Below, piece after piece: positions 12,268 through 24,372 of a stretch of 64,000 nucleotides of DNA; within the stretch, counting starts at the first letter, position 1, and each line of letters begins with the position of its first letter. Below the pieces are notes generated by a model, which was given only the letters and a program-made list of their open reading frames with translations, ran no database searches and was not told the origin of the DNA. The DNA is taken from assembly GCA_001662655.1 (NCBI GenBank), contig KV460208.1, one strand, 5' to 3'. A program made the position numbers and the translations under genes. The stretch is from Pseudogymnoascus verrucosus (Eukaryota).

Positions 12268-13450
12268 GATTGCTATGGGTATGTGCGTCCGGCTGTGCGA
12301 TGACGCGTGGAAATGGTGGCTGTTGCGGGGGAGCTGCGAGCTTATTGCCTTTGTTGGCGCTGATGCCTTTTGGGTTCTTGGGGATTTCTTGGGAAGGGAA
12401 GGCGTCAAGGGCGAGATAGCTGTCCTTGGGAATTACCCGATTGGGGACTAGAGGATATTTGGGCGCGTGTGTTCGATTGACACGTGACTGGCCCTCGCTC
12501 GGATCGCTGGTTTTGTTTTTACGAGGTACGAGTAGCGCCATTGCACGTGCACGTCCCTCCTATCAATATTTGACCGTTGGGGCTGTGCTGCAGATGTTAT
12601 GTAATCCGTCCATTGAGCGCATTTTGTTTCCCACTTTGGCCATTTATTTGTTGGGTTTTAATTTATGAGTTTATTGATTATTGTCTGGGAGGGTTGCGAG
12701 GTATCACAGGCATTCTACGAGGCAATTCGAAGGGACAAGTATTATTTAATTATCGGGCCTTCTCACCCCTTATATGTGGTATGCACGTGTGAGAGTTTCT
12801 TTCAACCCCACCATGTAAAGAAGCTTATCTCCACAATCAGACGAAAATTGACAATGGGCGAAAGGGTCCAGATAAAATAAATCATATTCGATAATAGCGT
12901 GTAAATATTGGTAAAAATCAGGGCATTACTTGCTGATTTTTCTGTATTCCCTGTATTTTATTTGGAATAATGCTGCGCATTCTTGGCCGTCTTATCGTTT
13001 CCAGACGTCTTCTCTGCAGTTGCCTAAAGCAGGCTGGGGTAGGTGGTGTGCGAGCTCACAATAATTGGAGATCTTACTGACCTAAGCAACATCCACACAA
13101 CCTTCCTTCTCCCACTCTTACCCCCCCTTCCCCTCCAACAAACCCACAACAACCTGTGTACAAATTCCCCATTTTGGCAATATATACCCACGTATAATAC
13201 TCCACACTTGTCCCCGCTAAGGGCCTGTTGCAGTCAGACACCACCGGGCAACCTGTAGGGTGCACCCACGACACTGGGTTCGCTTCTCACTTCCTGTCAG
13301 TGCTGCTTACCAAAGGCGGGCATCGTGGCGCAGCTCCCAGACTTGCAGCTTCCAGCAAGGCTGTGTTCCTGGCGGTCCAACTGCATTGCTCGATCTTCGT
13401 TCCACGGTCTCCACGCCAGACTTGGTCCGCTACTGTCCCACTGAAACTGA

Positions 13451-16049
13451 ATGGGCGGTGACACGAGCCAGGCGGCCCGCAGCAGCATGCATGGATATGA
13501 TGCCGGAATGGTTGGGGACATGGCTGGGATTTTGGGGCCCTCCAGTACTTATGCCGCTGCTAATGCCAATGCGCCCTCCCCGTTTGCCATATACCTCGCC
13601 GAAGACGAGTCCTTGCAGGCTGGACAACAGCAAGACCAGGAACCAGATGCTCTGATGGATGCTGTTTTGAAGCTGTTCTCGTTGGACGAGAGTGATCCGT
13701 TGGCAAATGGAGGAGATGAAGATGAGGAGGAGGATGTAGTGGTGGACTTGGAGGACCAGCAGCTGAGGACTGACCGCCTGAGGGGCATCACGTTGTCTTT
13801 GGACCAGCTCTGGTGGTCTGGTCAAGTGTACATGGCAGCAGCGGCGGAAAAGCTTGCAGATGGAAGCAGAGATTGTAAGTTGTATTCCTTATCAGTCATG
13901 GGAGTTTTGAGTTCCGTATTGGATTCAAATGACCTCTCTGGCGCTTTCTAACTCCAAGAAAAATGGCTGTCCTCGTCCACACACTAACTCATACTTATAG
14001 ACCGCTGGAGGATACCAATGGGAAACTCTGGTCTCGTGGACGCCTTCTTGATGATAGTGGCCACAGAAGGCATTCAAAATTCCCTCATGATCCATGTTTT
14101 AAGGTTAATTGGAAACACGTGTGCGGACACAGGTATTTGACACCAAAATCCCCACAATCCCCTGCTAACCAATACCCTCAAGATGAGAATAGAGCAAGAG
14201 TTGTCTCAAGAGGCTCCTTGCAAGCGATAATAGCTTTGCTAAAAGACAAAAGCCTTGTTCCCTTCGTGGTGCCAGTGCTATTTAATATATGCTTTGATTA
14301 TGGTATGTGGCTCTCCAACCTCTACCTATCTCTTGCTAAGTCGTATCAGAACCTGCACAAAAGCAAGCGTCGGAATTCAACCTGAGCAAAGCTCTAGTTC
14401 AATTTATCACGGATCCAGATTTTGAAGAACACAGGCCATTTTTAGGCTATGCGTGTAAACTTCTAGACATGGTAGTTGTACAACGTAAGACAAGTCTCCC
14501 CCATTGGACATAAACATTACTAACCCAAAAAGCCAATGAACCCTCACTTGCCCCTGAAAACACGGTTGAGGTTCTGTTGAATCTAGCCGTATCAGGGAAG
14601 TCACCTCTAGACCTGGAAGACTTTATTAGCGTTGTTAGTTCAGCTACTAAATACCTCCAACATCCTCGCTTCCAAGTCGCGCTGTGCAATTCAATGGCAT
14701 TATATGCGGCCCTTAGGCTAGTACTATTATCTTATACTCGGCTTGAGGATAGTATGGGCGAAGCGGCTGCCCCGGATGAAGAGGACACCAAGCGCCTCGC
14801 TGTATGGAGGACTGAGATGAATCAAGTCCTTTCAGACATATCGGCACTCCCCGAATTCGCTGCGAGATGCCCTGTAAACTCGACCATGTCTAGCTACCTA
14901 AGGAAATGGCTGTCATCGCCGCAACTCCAACTACAAGTCTGCGCTTGCATAATGCTCGGCAATCTAGCACGCTCAGACGAAGTATGCGAGGAGTTTGTCC
15001 AAAAGAGCCGCATCCACAAACCCCTTATGGACATCCTCACCACAGCAACCGACTCCCAAGTCCTCTACGCCGCCATCGGCTTCCTCAAAAATCTCGCCCT
15101 CCCCGCTCGCAACAAAGTCGAGCTAGGCAACGCCGATCTCATCGAGATCCTACCCCGCCTCTGGGCCATGGATACGCTTCCCCAGATCCAGTACTCAGCG
15201 ATCAGCCTGGCGCGCCAACTCCTCATCGGTAACTTCCCCAACGTCCTCCGCATCTCCGCGCCCCTCTCCGCCGACCCCGATTCCCCCGCGAACGAGAAAT
15301 CCCGCCTATCAGTCCTCATCTCTATCTTTGGCCGCAGCGACGCCGAGCCTGTGCGCATGGAGATCGCCCGCGCCCTTGCCGCCGTATGTCGCGTTCTCGC
15401 TGCGCGCACACCCGCACCTGGCACCGATGCGGTGACCCTCCAGACGAGGCGCCGCGAGCTCTTCGAGCGTCATCGCGATATCGGTACCCCGCTTAGCTTC
15501 CTGGTCTCGCAGACTAAGTGGCCTGTTGTGCGCAGCGAGGGTTGGTTCGTTCTGGCGCTGTTGGCGCGCACGGAGGAGGGCGTTCAGTGCGTGGCGGATA
15601 TTATGCATGAGATTGATGTGTTTACCCCGCTGATGGATCTCATGACGGGCAAGACCTTCATCGAGCGCATGTCCTCCCCAATGACTTCGCCGACGGAGGC
15701 GACTAGCTCGTTGCTTGCGGAGCTTATGGCTGCCAAGGATGGATCGGGTGCGGCTGCGGGAGGTGCTGCGGCGGTGGGTACGACGAAAGAGGCGGAAATG
15801 GCGAGGATTGATCGCGAGAATGCGCTTGTGCTTGTTAGCGAGCTGTTGCGGCGACGGGGGTCGACAATGGCGTTTATGCGGCGCATTGCGTTTGAAGAGC
15901 TCCTGCAGGATGGTGGAAGCTTGCATGTCGAAAATCTGGCGGCAGAGGCGGCGACGCCACCGCCGCTGCCATTGACGCAGACGAGTAGCGAAAGTTCATT
16001 TATGATGGATAGTGTGATGGGTGATAGCAACCATGAGATGTTTAACTGA
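13451..16049 (+). CDS. Armadillo-repeat small-GTPase GDP dissociation stimulator (SmgGDS/RAP1GDS1/Bem4-like); 5 exons, introns 13875-14000, 14133-14182, 14303-14349, 14485-14532; start codon uncertain (13451/13490/13520)
   Basis: Spliced motifs LRLIGNTCADTDENR, CIMLGNLARSDEVC, GFLKNLALPARNK and VRSEGWFVLALLAR. All introns are GT-AG and frame-preserving. Confidence 0.8.
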
Positions 16050-16394
16050 GTGGTGGTGTGGAGGGTGGTGGTTTGGGCTATGTGATGGGATTGAAATGCA
16101 TGGATGGATAACTGGGATTAGATAAAGGAGAAAAGGGGTTTACTTTAACGGGTATAATTGGGCACTCGACACTTTCCGTGGATTTCTTCACAAGACTAGA
16201 AATTGAAAAACAAACACAATTCTCAGAGCTATGATCTAGGACCATTCTAGCGAGTGGAATCAATTACGATGGAATTTATGTTTTTCATTTCCCCGTCTGC
16301 CCTCGCTATATGCCACATATTGCCAATAGATTGGTATCCCACACAACCTCCAAGCGCCAAACCCCAGCAATCCTAACATATAAATAAACAGGCA

Positions 16395-19300
16395 TTATTC
16401 CTCATCACTGCTATCCACCACAAACCCACCAAATGCCCTCCCTCTCGGCCGCCGCGGAGCAGGTATGTCCTCATCATCGTCATCGTCAAGGTCCACCATC
16501 CCGACATCCCTCCCACCAGCCGCGGTACTACCCTCTTTACTCTCAACATCTTCAGTATCAAGCCTCGCCCGCTTCGGCCCCGAGGGCCGTGTATGTGGAC
16601 TCGACAGCGGTGTCTCAGTCTCTATCTCCTCGCCCGACTCCACATCGACCGATCTCTTCTGACTCCCACTAGACGGCGGACTCACAGCCACCACAGCATC
16701 CTCATCGCTGTCGTTCTCGTTCACGGCAGCCACGACTGGCACCTTAGGCTTCTTCTTCTCCACCCCACTTGCCGCTGTACCTATCGCCTCCGCGACCAAC
16801 AGCCCCCTCCTTACTTTCGCCCTCGTCCTCTCCTCCTCAGCGAAAAACGCCTCGTCGCGCTCCGCATCACTCTCATCATCGCTATCATGCACAAACAACT
16901 CGCTCTTAATCTTCCGTTGCTTCTCGAGGTCCTTCGCGCGGCGTGCTCGGTCCCTGGCCGCCAACTGCTCCTCGTCGAGCGCATCATCCTCGGTCCCACT
17001 GCGCCGGCGCTTCCGTCGCGTCTTCTTCAGCGCGGCGAAGGCGTCCGATTTACTCATCGGCGTGGGTCCGCCGGCAGGGAAGAGTATCTCGGCATCGTCC
17101 TCATCTATTCCGTTGTCTGATTCGTCGTCAAAGGCTGCGCGACGTCTATTTTGGGCGGCAGAGACGCGCCGGATCTGCGCTTCTGCGTTGTACCCATTCT
17201 CAAAGGTTGGAGGGTCGAACTCTGCGGCCTTGATTAGGGTGAGCGCTTCTTTGAGCTGGGCGGAGGAAAGGTGCGAGGGCACGACCCAAGGGGTGTCGAT
17301 GTCGTTTTCGTCACCGATGCGGCGAAGGCCGACAAGCGTCATTAGAAGCCGGAGGTAGCCATTCTTGAGCATGGCTGTCTTGCAGGTAGCGTCGCTGGGC
17401 TTGGCAACTGTGTCTGTTAGAAGTGTTGGATGTATGGTTTTTTAGGGGGTATCTTACCTATTGATGGGGCTTTAGGAGGGTCTGCAGGCACGGGTGGGGT
17501 TTCGCCAGCATCGGTTTCGACGGACTGGATGGGTTCGCTTGCCCCCTCCCAGCTTCTGCGCTCTATCTCAGCAGACGACAGTTGAGATTTGAGCCACTCT
17601 AAAAGGTGACCCTCGTTACGGTCAAGCAACGCGCCAACAACAACGCCAATCTGCTGCTCCCATTCAAATCCAGGTTTGACTTCCAGCTCCGCCGCTGCCC
17701 GAGCCTTGCTCTCAATGGTTTGCGACTCATATCCGTACTGGAAGAAGTTGGCAGTGTATGTTGTCTTCGAAAACAGCATCTCGACAATAAGCTCGGGGTG
17801 TTCCTGGATCTTCTTAACACACTTCCGGAGAATGTGTCTCACTAGCTCGTCCCATTCCTTGTAAGTTTTCGAAGCTGGATCAAGCCCTCCGGGGCCTTTG
17901 ATAATCTTGTGCAGGAGACGGATAATGTCGACTCTGAAGAGCATGATGCTCATGTCCATCTTAAAGGCCACACGGTACAAGAAACGATGAGCTCTCTTCA
18001 TCTGTTCTGGTTTTAACTCTTGATAATAAGACACCAATGTGACAAACGTGTCTATACAACCCTGGGTCAGGAACCTAGACGAGAAGCGCTTGAAGTCGAA
18101 TTTTCTTTCTCTAGAGACCCGCTCCGCCTGCGCGTCATCATTGTCTGAGCCGTCGATTATTTCATCGTCCGCGTCATCCTCTCCGGCGTCTATTGCCGCC
18201 TTCTTTTTCCGGCGAACTCGCCTCCGTGACCGTACTTGCAAGTCGGTATTTTGCTTCGAGTAATTTTCGAGGATGCGAATGTAGACATGAGCCAGCTCAG
18301 TAGCGGCATCAAGATATCCAAATCCCTGATCTTTGAAAGTGCGGATAATATTAGCAACACGATCATGTGTTGTTTCTTCGTAGAATATACGAGCGAGAAT
18401 GTTCTCTGCAATCTCCTGATCCTCGTCGAGCTTTGACTCGGACATTTCTTGGACAGTCAGCAGGATCTGTGTAAAGCATTTCATCGAAGCTTTTAGGTCG
18501 TCCCATGATTTATCTCCGAAGTGCTTTTCCATTGCGCGGTTCAAGGTGATAAACATCTCTTGATTGAGGACGCTAGCCACAAGCCCAAAGCTGTCATCGG
18601 TGTCCTTATCTGCTGCCTTCTTACTTTTCTGCGATTTCTTCGACTGTCGTCGCACGCGTTCAGCTTCGAGGAACCATGAGACAAGGTAAAAGAACTGTCG
18701 TGGATGGTATTCGAGGATGCGCTCAGCCTGTCGATCGATTGCCTTTCGCACATTCTGAAAGAGCGGATTGAACCCTGAGTCAAGGAAGTCTTCGACGAAC
18801 GTTTTCAGGTTGTTACTGGCTCGCTGGCTAAGTTTCTCTGGAGCATCAAAATCCATAGGACCCTTCACTTCCTTTGGCGCACGTGTTGGCGGTTTGAAGG
18901 TCTTATTCTTATCCATCTTGTCAAGACTCCGGGCGGTGTTCAATAGGGCATCCTGGCCAGTGACCGTAGACACCTTTCCGTCGTCCCGTTTAACCCACAA
19001 CATGGTTCCAAATCTACTGTGTCTTGTCGGGGCTGTCCTCGCATTTGCTCTCCTCATCCCGGCTTCCTGATTGAGCAACTTCGCCAGCTCATCATCCTTG
19101 TGGCTGTCTAACTGCTTCTCGTTCATGAACAAGGTTTCAATGTCTACGCCTTTGATTAAATGAAAGAGTATTTCCATAACAACGACGTCCTGGGTGTTGA
19201 AATCCTCCCCCATGGATGAACAAAGCGCTAGAAGCAGATGGAGAATATCCTGGTAATCGAATGCGTCGATTATTGCTGACCGTGAAATTTCTATTTCGTC

Positions 19301-19955
19301 TCCATCGTATTGGACGCCCGGCGGAGGAGCTATCATGGCGATATTACGAAGTAGGTAGAGGACCATTCTGATCACGTTCTCATCTCGAGTACTGCGATCT
19401 TTCAAAGCGACGGCCATGGCAGGTAGCGCAACCCGGGTCACGGTGTGTAGAATTCGCGCCCCATCGTAGTTGACTATCGAGCGCTTGTAGCCCACTTGAG
19501 CGAGTTGGAGGAATGGAATATGGCGATGGTGATTCACAGTCATCTCAACCCCTTTATCCAACGGCCATGTCAACGGTACGAGAAGTTCCACGCATGCGAG
19601 CGCTATCCGCGACTTTATCTTGTTGTCGGTTTCGTTTTCGGGCCAAGCTGCCAGGATCTGAAGCAGGTCGCCGCCAACCAAGTTCAACTCCGCGAGACAT
19701 CGTGCCACGTCCAGTCGATTCGCCTTTTCGTCGTATAGCTTCAACCATCGTTTTATATCCCGCAAACAGGCGAGAGCATCATCTCCGAGCACATAGCGTC
19801 CATCCTCGTCCGAACCGCTGCCGCCAAGCTGCGAAGACTCTTAGTGAAAGTTATGGTGGGCGGAATGCGTATAAACATACCGCTGTAACGAGACTGGAGA
19901 CGTAAGCCTGAACTTCAGGATCTACGACCGCCTTTGAGCCGTCGGCCAACTCCAT
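16395..19955 (-). CDS. TOF1: Topoisomerase 1-associated factor 1 (Tof1/Swi1/Timeless), replication fork protection complex; 3 exons (19955-19881, 19828-17458, 17407-16395)
   Basis: YVLGDDALACLRDIKRWLKLYD, RHSRFGT and FLDSGFNPLF Timeless motifs; canonical introns. Confidence 0.93.
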
Positions 19956-20007
19956 TGCTGGGTTTATTCGTTGAATTATCACGACCCTCACATTTCTGAT
20001 GCTCTTT

Positions 20008-20034
20008 ACGCGTACCCGAATTGGGTAGACGCGA
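20008..20034. promoter_or_regulatory. MCB-like elements (ACGCGT, ACGCGA) upstream of TOF1
   Basis: ACGCGT at 20008-20013 and ACGCGA at 20029-20034. TOF1 is a G1/S (MBF)-type gene in budding yeast. Confidence 0.4.
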
Positions 20035-20086
20035 CGTGAATGCGGGGCGGGTTGTCGGAGAAACTTAGGCGCCGGCACCGGATAAA

Positions 20087-20125
20087 CCTCGGGGGAACAG
20101 ACCTCGGGATCACGGGTAGCCTCGG
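20087..20125 (+). promoter_or_regulatory. Three CCTCGG elements (FarA/FarB/Ctf1 fatty-acid regulator site) upstream of the 3-hydroxyacyl-CoA dehydrogenase
   Basis: CCTCGG at 20087, 20102 and 20120, plus TCTCGG at 20150, all within about 140 bp of ATG 20223. Confidence 0.65.
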
Positions 20126-20222
20126 AGGGTAACTGCCTATGATATCAAGTCTCGGTTTTCAACTTCATTCCCCAAAATTTCCTTCAATTTATTAGCACTT
20201 TTGTTTGTGCATCATAATTACT

Positions 20223-21338
20223 ATGGCTACAGCACTTCTCAGACGGCAATTGCTGCAATCCAGCAGCCATGCAAGGACTTTCAGCTCGAGTCCTATCGTT
20301 GCTGCTGGCGCCGTTAAGAAGCTCGGTGTAATTGGGGCCGGACAGATGGTAAACACGCTACAAGGTTAACTTGCGCTTTCCATTACTGACTTCGATGACA
20401 GGGTCTGGGAATAGCCCTTGTTGCTGCCCGAAATGCTGGTGTCCCAGTGACTCTCCTCGACACTTCCCAGGCTTCAATTGACAAAGGCCTCAAGTTCGCT
20501 GGCATGTGACTGCCCCTCCCAAACACAGGACGCCCTCTAACTTCACCACTCCTGCAGATAAACTCCTTGCCAAAGATGTCGCCAAAGAGCGCATTTCCCA
20601 GTCAGATGCCGACCTTATTCGCAGCCGTCTCACCTCGACCACCAACATGGACGACCTCTCGTCGGTCGACTTCGTCATCGAAGCCGTCCCCGAGATCCCA
20701 TCCCTGAAGTTCGACATCTTCTCGCGCCTTGGGCAAATCGCCCCGGCCCACGCGATCCTGGCCACCAACACCTCCTCCATCTCTATCACTCGCATCGCAG
20801 CAGCCACGACCCAGGACCCAACCAACACCTCGGTGTCATCGCGCGTTGTCGCAACGCACTTCATGAACCCCGTCCCCATCCAGAAGGGTGTCGAGATCAT
20901 CTCTGGACTCCAGACTAGCCAGGAGACTCTGGATACTGCTGTTGAGTTCTGCAAGGCAATGGGAAAGATCCCATCTGTGTCGGCTGACAGGCCTGGTTTC
21001 CTCGCAAACCGCATCCTGATGCCATATATCAACGAGGCCATCATCTGCCTCGAAACCGGCGTCGGCCAGCGTGACGATATTGATGCCATTATGAAGAACG
21101 GCACCGGTGTTCCCATGGGCCCGCTTCAACTTGCAGACTTCATTGGCATTGACACCTGTCTCGCTATTATGAAGGTGCTGTATGAGGATACTGGAGATTC
21201 GAAATACAGACCTAGCGTTCTGCTGAAGGGTATGGTGGATGCTGGATGGCTCGGAAAGAAGAGCGGGAAGGGGTGAGTTTGAATTCTCAAAAATGCAAAA
21301 TCGAAGTACTGACAATGTTTAGTTTCTACGACTATTAA
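20223..21338 (+). CDS. Mitochondrial 3-hydroxybutyryl/3-hydroxyacyl-CoA dehydrogenase; 4 exons (20223-20348, 20402-20501, 20558-21272, 21323-21338)
   Basis: Presequence, then GVIGAGQMG Rossmann motif, LATNTSSISIT, HFMNPVP, PGFLANRIL, PMGPLQLAD and GKKSGKGFYDY. Confidence 0.93.
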
Positions 21339-22167
21339 ATAAAACGTGGGCGCGGAGGGAATGGAAGGAGCCACAGTGTGTAACCACTATATATAACATC
21401 ATTCTGCAGTCAATTGATATGGCACGAGAGGCTACATAGCGCTATGTAGATCAATGTTTTTGGCAGACGCGATTGAATCAGATTTATACAAGCCAGAGAT
21501 CCTGCTCGAAGCTACAAAAACGATATAGACAAATAATCAGAATAACCTCCATGCGCACCCCCACCACCCATCCACCCGTATCCCATCCCATGATTTCTAA
21601 GGTCTATTAACCTTTCGAAGATCGCCGACGTAACCAGTGGGTCTAATCCGATAAGAGCCAAACATATGAACAGTAGAAATCAGTTCGTCGTGACAGAAAT
21701 TGATAGCATCGGCACCCTAACCAAAAAAAAATTGTTGGACAGGGTAATGTGTTGATATGTACTTTCGTAAAACGTTAAAAAAAGTGACAGAGAAGTAGAA
21801 GAAGCACTGCGACAGAAGGCAGATAAAGCAAATCGTAAACGCCAATTCCTGGTTGATACCCCCAATCCAGCCTTGTCTCATATCCCAAAACCCTCTCCTC
21901 ATTCATAACCCAAACATTCGTAAAACAGCAAACATAAACATAAAACATAAACATAAAATAGCAAAATCCGATTCGACCCGTTTCCCAAAATTCCCTCAAT
22001 TGGATGCCTTTTTTTTTGTTTGTCCATTTCTCCGTTGCCGCCGATCATAATTTTGCCGTAAAAATACACTTTGCGTGGCGGAACCAGGGGATGGAGCCGG
22101 AGGACAGGGGCCGCACGCCTCGGGCCGCCGAACCGCAACTATTGTCAAGCCCTGGGCACGTCCCGCA

Positions 22168-24372
22168 TCACTGCCCATCGTAGGAGCCCGACATACTGTA
22201 TGTCCGCTTGCGCCGCTTCATAGAGTTGAGATCATACTCATCTTGGCGCAGGTAGTGTGCCGTCTCGCCCTGCTGCTGTTGCTGGGGTTGGTGTTGAGCC
22301 TGCGGCTGGTCCTGCGAGTCCTCCAGGCCTAGTCCGTGGTGCTGCCTGCCTAGTGTACTTTGCTCTGTCGCTGCTGGACGACCTGGACTCATGCTCTGCG
22401 AATATGCAGCAGCAAAGTCCGCTGCTGGCGCCATGGGCGCACTGAGCTGTGAGAGGTGGTATTCTCGAGGCCCAGCGTCGATGGGGGTTCTGGGGATGTG
22501 GAACTCGGCGGGGGCCATAAGGGGAGCGCTCTGGAAGCCGCCACTGCTGAAGGCACTAGCAAATGTAGCCGCGCGCGCAGTGGCGGGGATGGGTTGGTTA
22601 GGGCTCTGGGAAGAGACTGAGCGGTATTGGCTGCGGAGATCAAGGCCGGAAGGAAAGGTTGCTGAGTTGGCTCGGTAGCGAGAGACAGGCGGTGTGGAGG
22701 GTTGGGTATTGGCTGGATGAGATGTTGGGTATGTGAGGTGACTTGGAGATGTGTGGATATTGGAGTCTACAGCAATGTTAGTGATGTACAATGTAGAATA
22801 AATCGCAAATACTTACTTGGATATGTAGAATTATCGTATTGCTGCTGCTGGTTGACTCCATTCCCTCCTGGTTGGTCGCCTTGGTATATGGATGCTTGTC
22901 GGCCATTACTGGACGGGCTCTGGGGACCTGGTGGTGGGTAGCTTGCATAATCTATGGAATCTCCCTTCCACGACATGCTGGAGCGTAGAGGTGATTGTAG
23001 TGACTCTGACCTAGACCTCGACATTGTCTCTCGTAGTTGCAATGGCTGTAACGGCCGCGCCCCTTGTCTAGAAGCCTGCATACCGTAACCGTCCATACTA
23101 TTATGGCGATTGTACACAGTTGAATTTCGAGCTCCTGTGCCTCCTGGGTTCGCCAGGTGGTTCGAGTAGTATCTGTCACCACCTCCAAGCGAAAGAGGCG
23201 AAAGCATATCAGGCGAGCCCTGAGAGGCAAATCCAACATGGCCAAATGCGGGACTGAGGCCTGTTGGTGAGAGATGCTCCTCATGTTCTTGGCGTCTCAT
23301 GGTGTCAACCATCAACGGGCGCATTCCCATGCCTGGATCTCCGTAGTTCTGAGAATAGTCTACTGGAGACTGCAACGGAGTGCCAATACCGTGCACAGCA
23401 CCGTAGGGTGAGTGGAGTGCCTGCACATTATCGAAGTCGTCGGGGACGGCTCTCATCTTCATCATCCTCTCTCGGTCATCGGCTGTAAGACGCTTAATTT
23501 TTGCACGTCTTCGGATTGTTAGCTACGATCTACCTTTAGAGAGGGATTGCATACCTGTTCTGAAACCAAACCTGGACCTGCCTGGGGCTTAAGCCGGGGA
23601 TCTCTCGTGAGAGACGCTCCCGATGAGCCGCATCCGGATGGGCTTGCTTTGCAAACTCGCTCATCAAGAATCGAGTTTGCTGGTGTGTAAGTCTTGAAAG
23701 TTAAGTTAGCATCAATTAACCTATCCCAGGATTTAGAACTTGTGCACACCTAAAGCGTTTCATCTTTCTCCGTTCCGCTCTACGTTCGGCGTCTGTTTGT
23801 GGAGGCCTTCCTTCTCCTCCAACTCCCTCTTCGCCATCAAGCATATCGTCGTCGTCATCATCATCATCGTCATCGTCTACCTTAACCTCGCTTTGGCCGA
23901 GGCTTTCTGCTGGTGGGCCAGGCGCCTCAGTCTTTACTTCTAGCGTGGGGCTCGACTTTGAGTTCGCAGGAAGCTCTGGTAGGTTCGACGGCTCTGGGAG
24001 CCTAAAGCCTTCCTGTTTCAGGCCATTGACAGGCGGAGCAGAATCGGGACGCTCAGTTGGTGGGTTTGAGAATGATTCTTGCCTGTCCTCAACTTGAGCC
24101 AGGTTATGCCGATGTGATAGTGGAGGGCGTGGTGCAAAGAGCTGGTTGGTAATAGGCGCATCCACAGGATGCGAGGTTATTGGTTGTTCAAATGGAGGAG
24201 ATAGAACAGTCTCGGTGGGTGGAAGGTATTGAGAATACGCATCCCGCCAGTCCGGCTGCGTTGTCAATGGCTCAAGGTTCGACATGCGTGAAGCCGTCGG
24301 TTGGTAAGGGCTCCCAAGCTTGTTAGAGGACCAATTGTGCCGTACAGTATCGCATTGCCGGGTGACAAGCAT
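22168..24372 (-). CDS. pah1: Homeobox transcription factor (Pah1/KAL-1/Hox7 type); 4 exons (24372-23750, 23692-23555, 23508-22817, 22766-22168)
   Basis: Spliced homeodomain KMKRFRLTHQQTRFLMSEFAKQAHPDAAHRERLSREIPGLSPRQVQVWFQNRRAKIKR. The homeodomain is certain; the orthology label is from memory. Confidence 0.85.
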
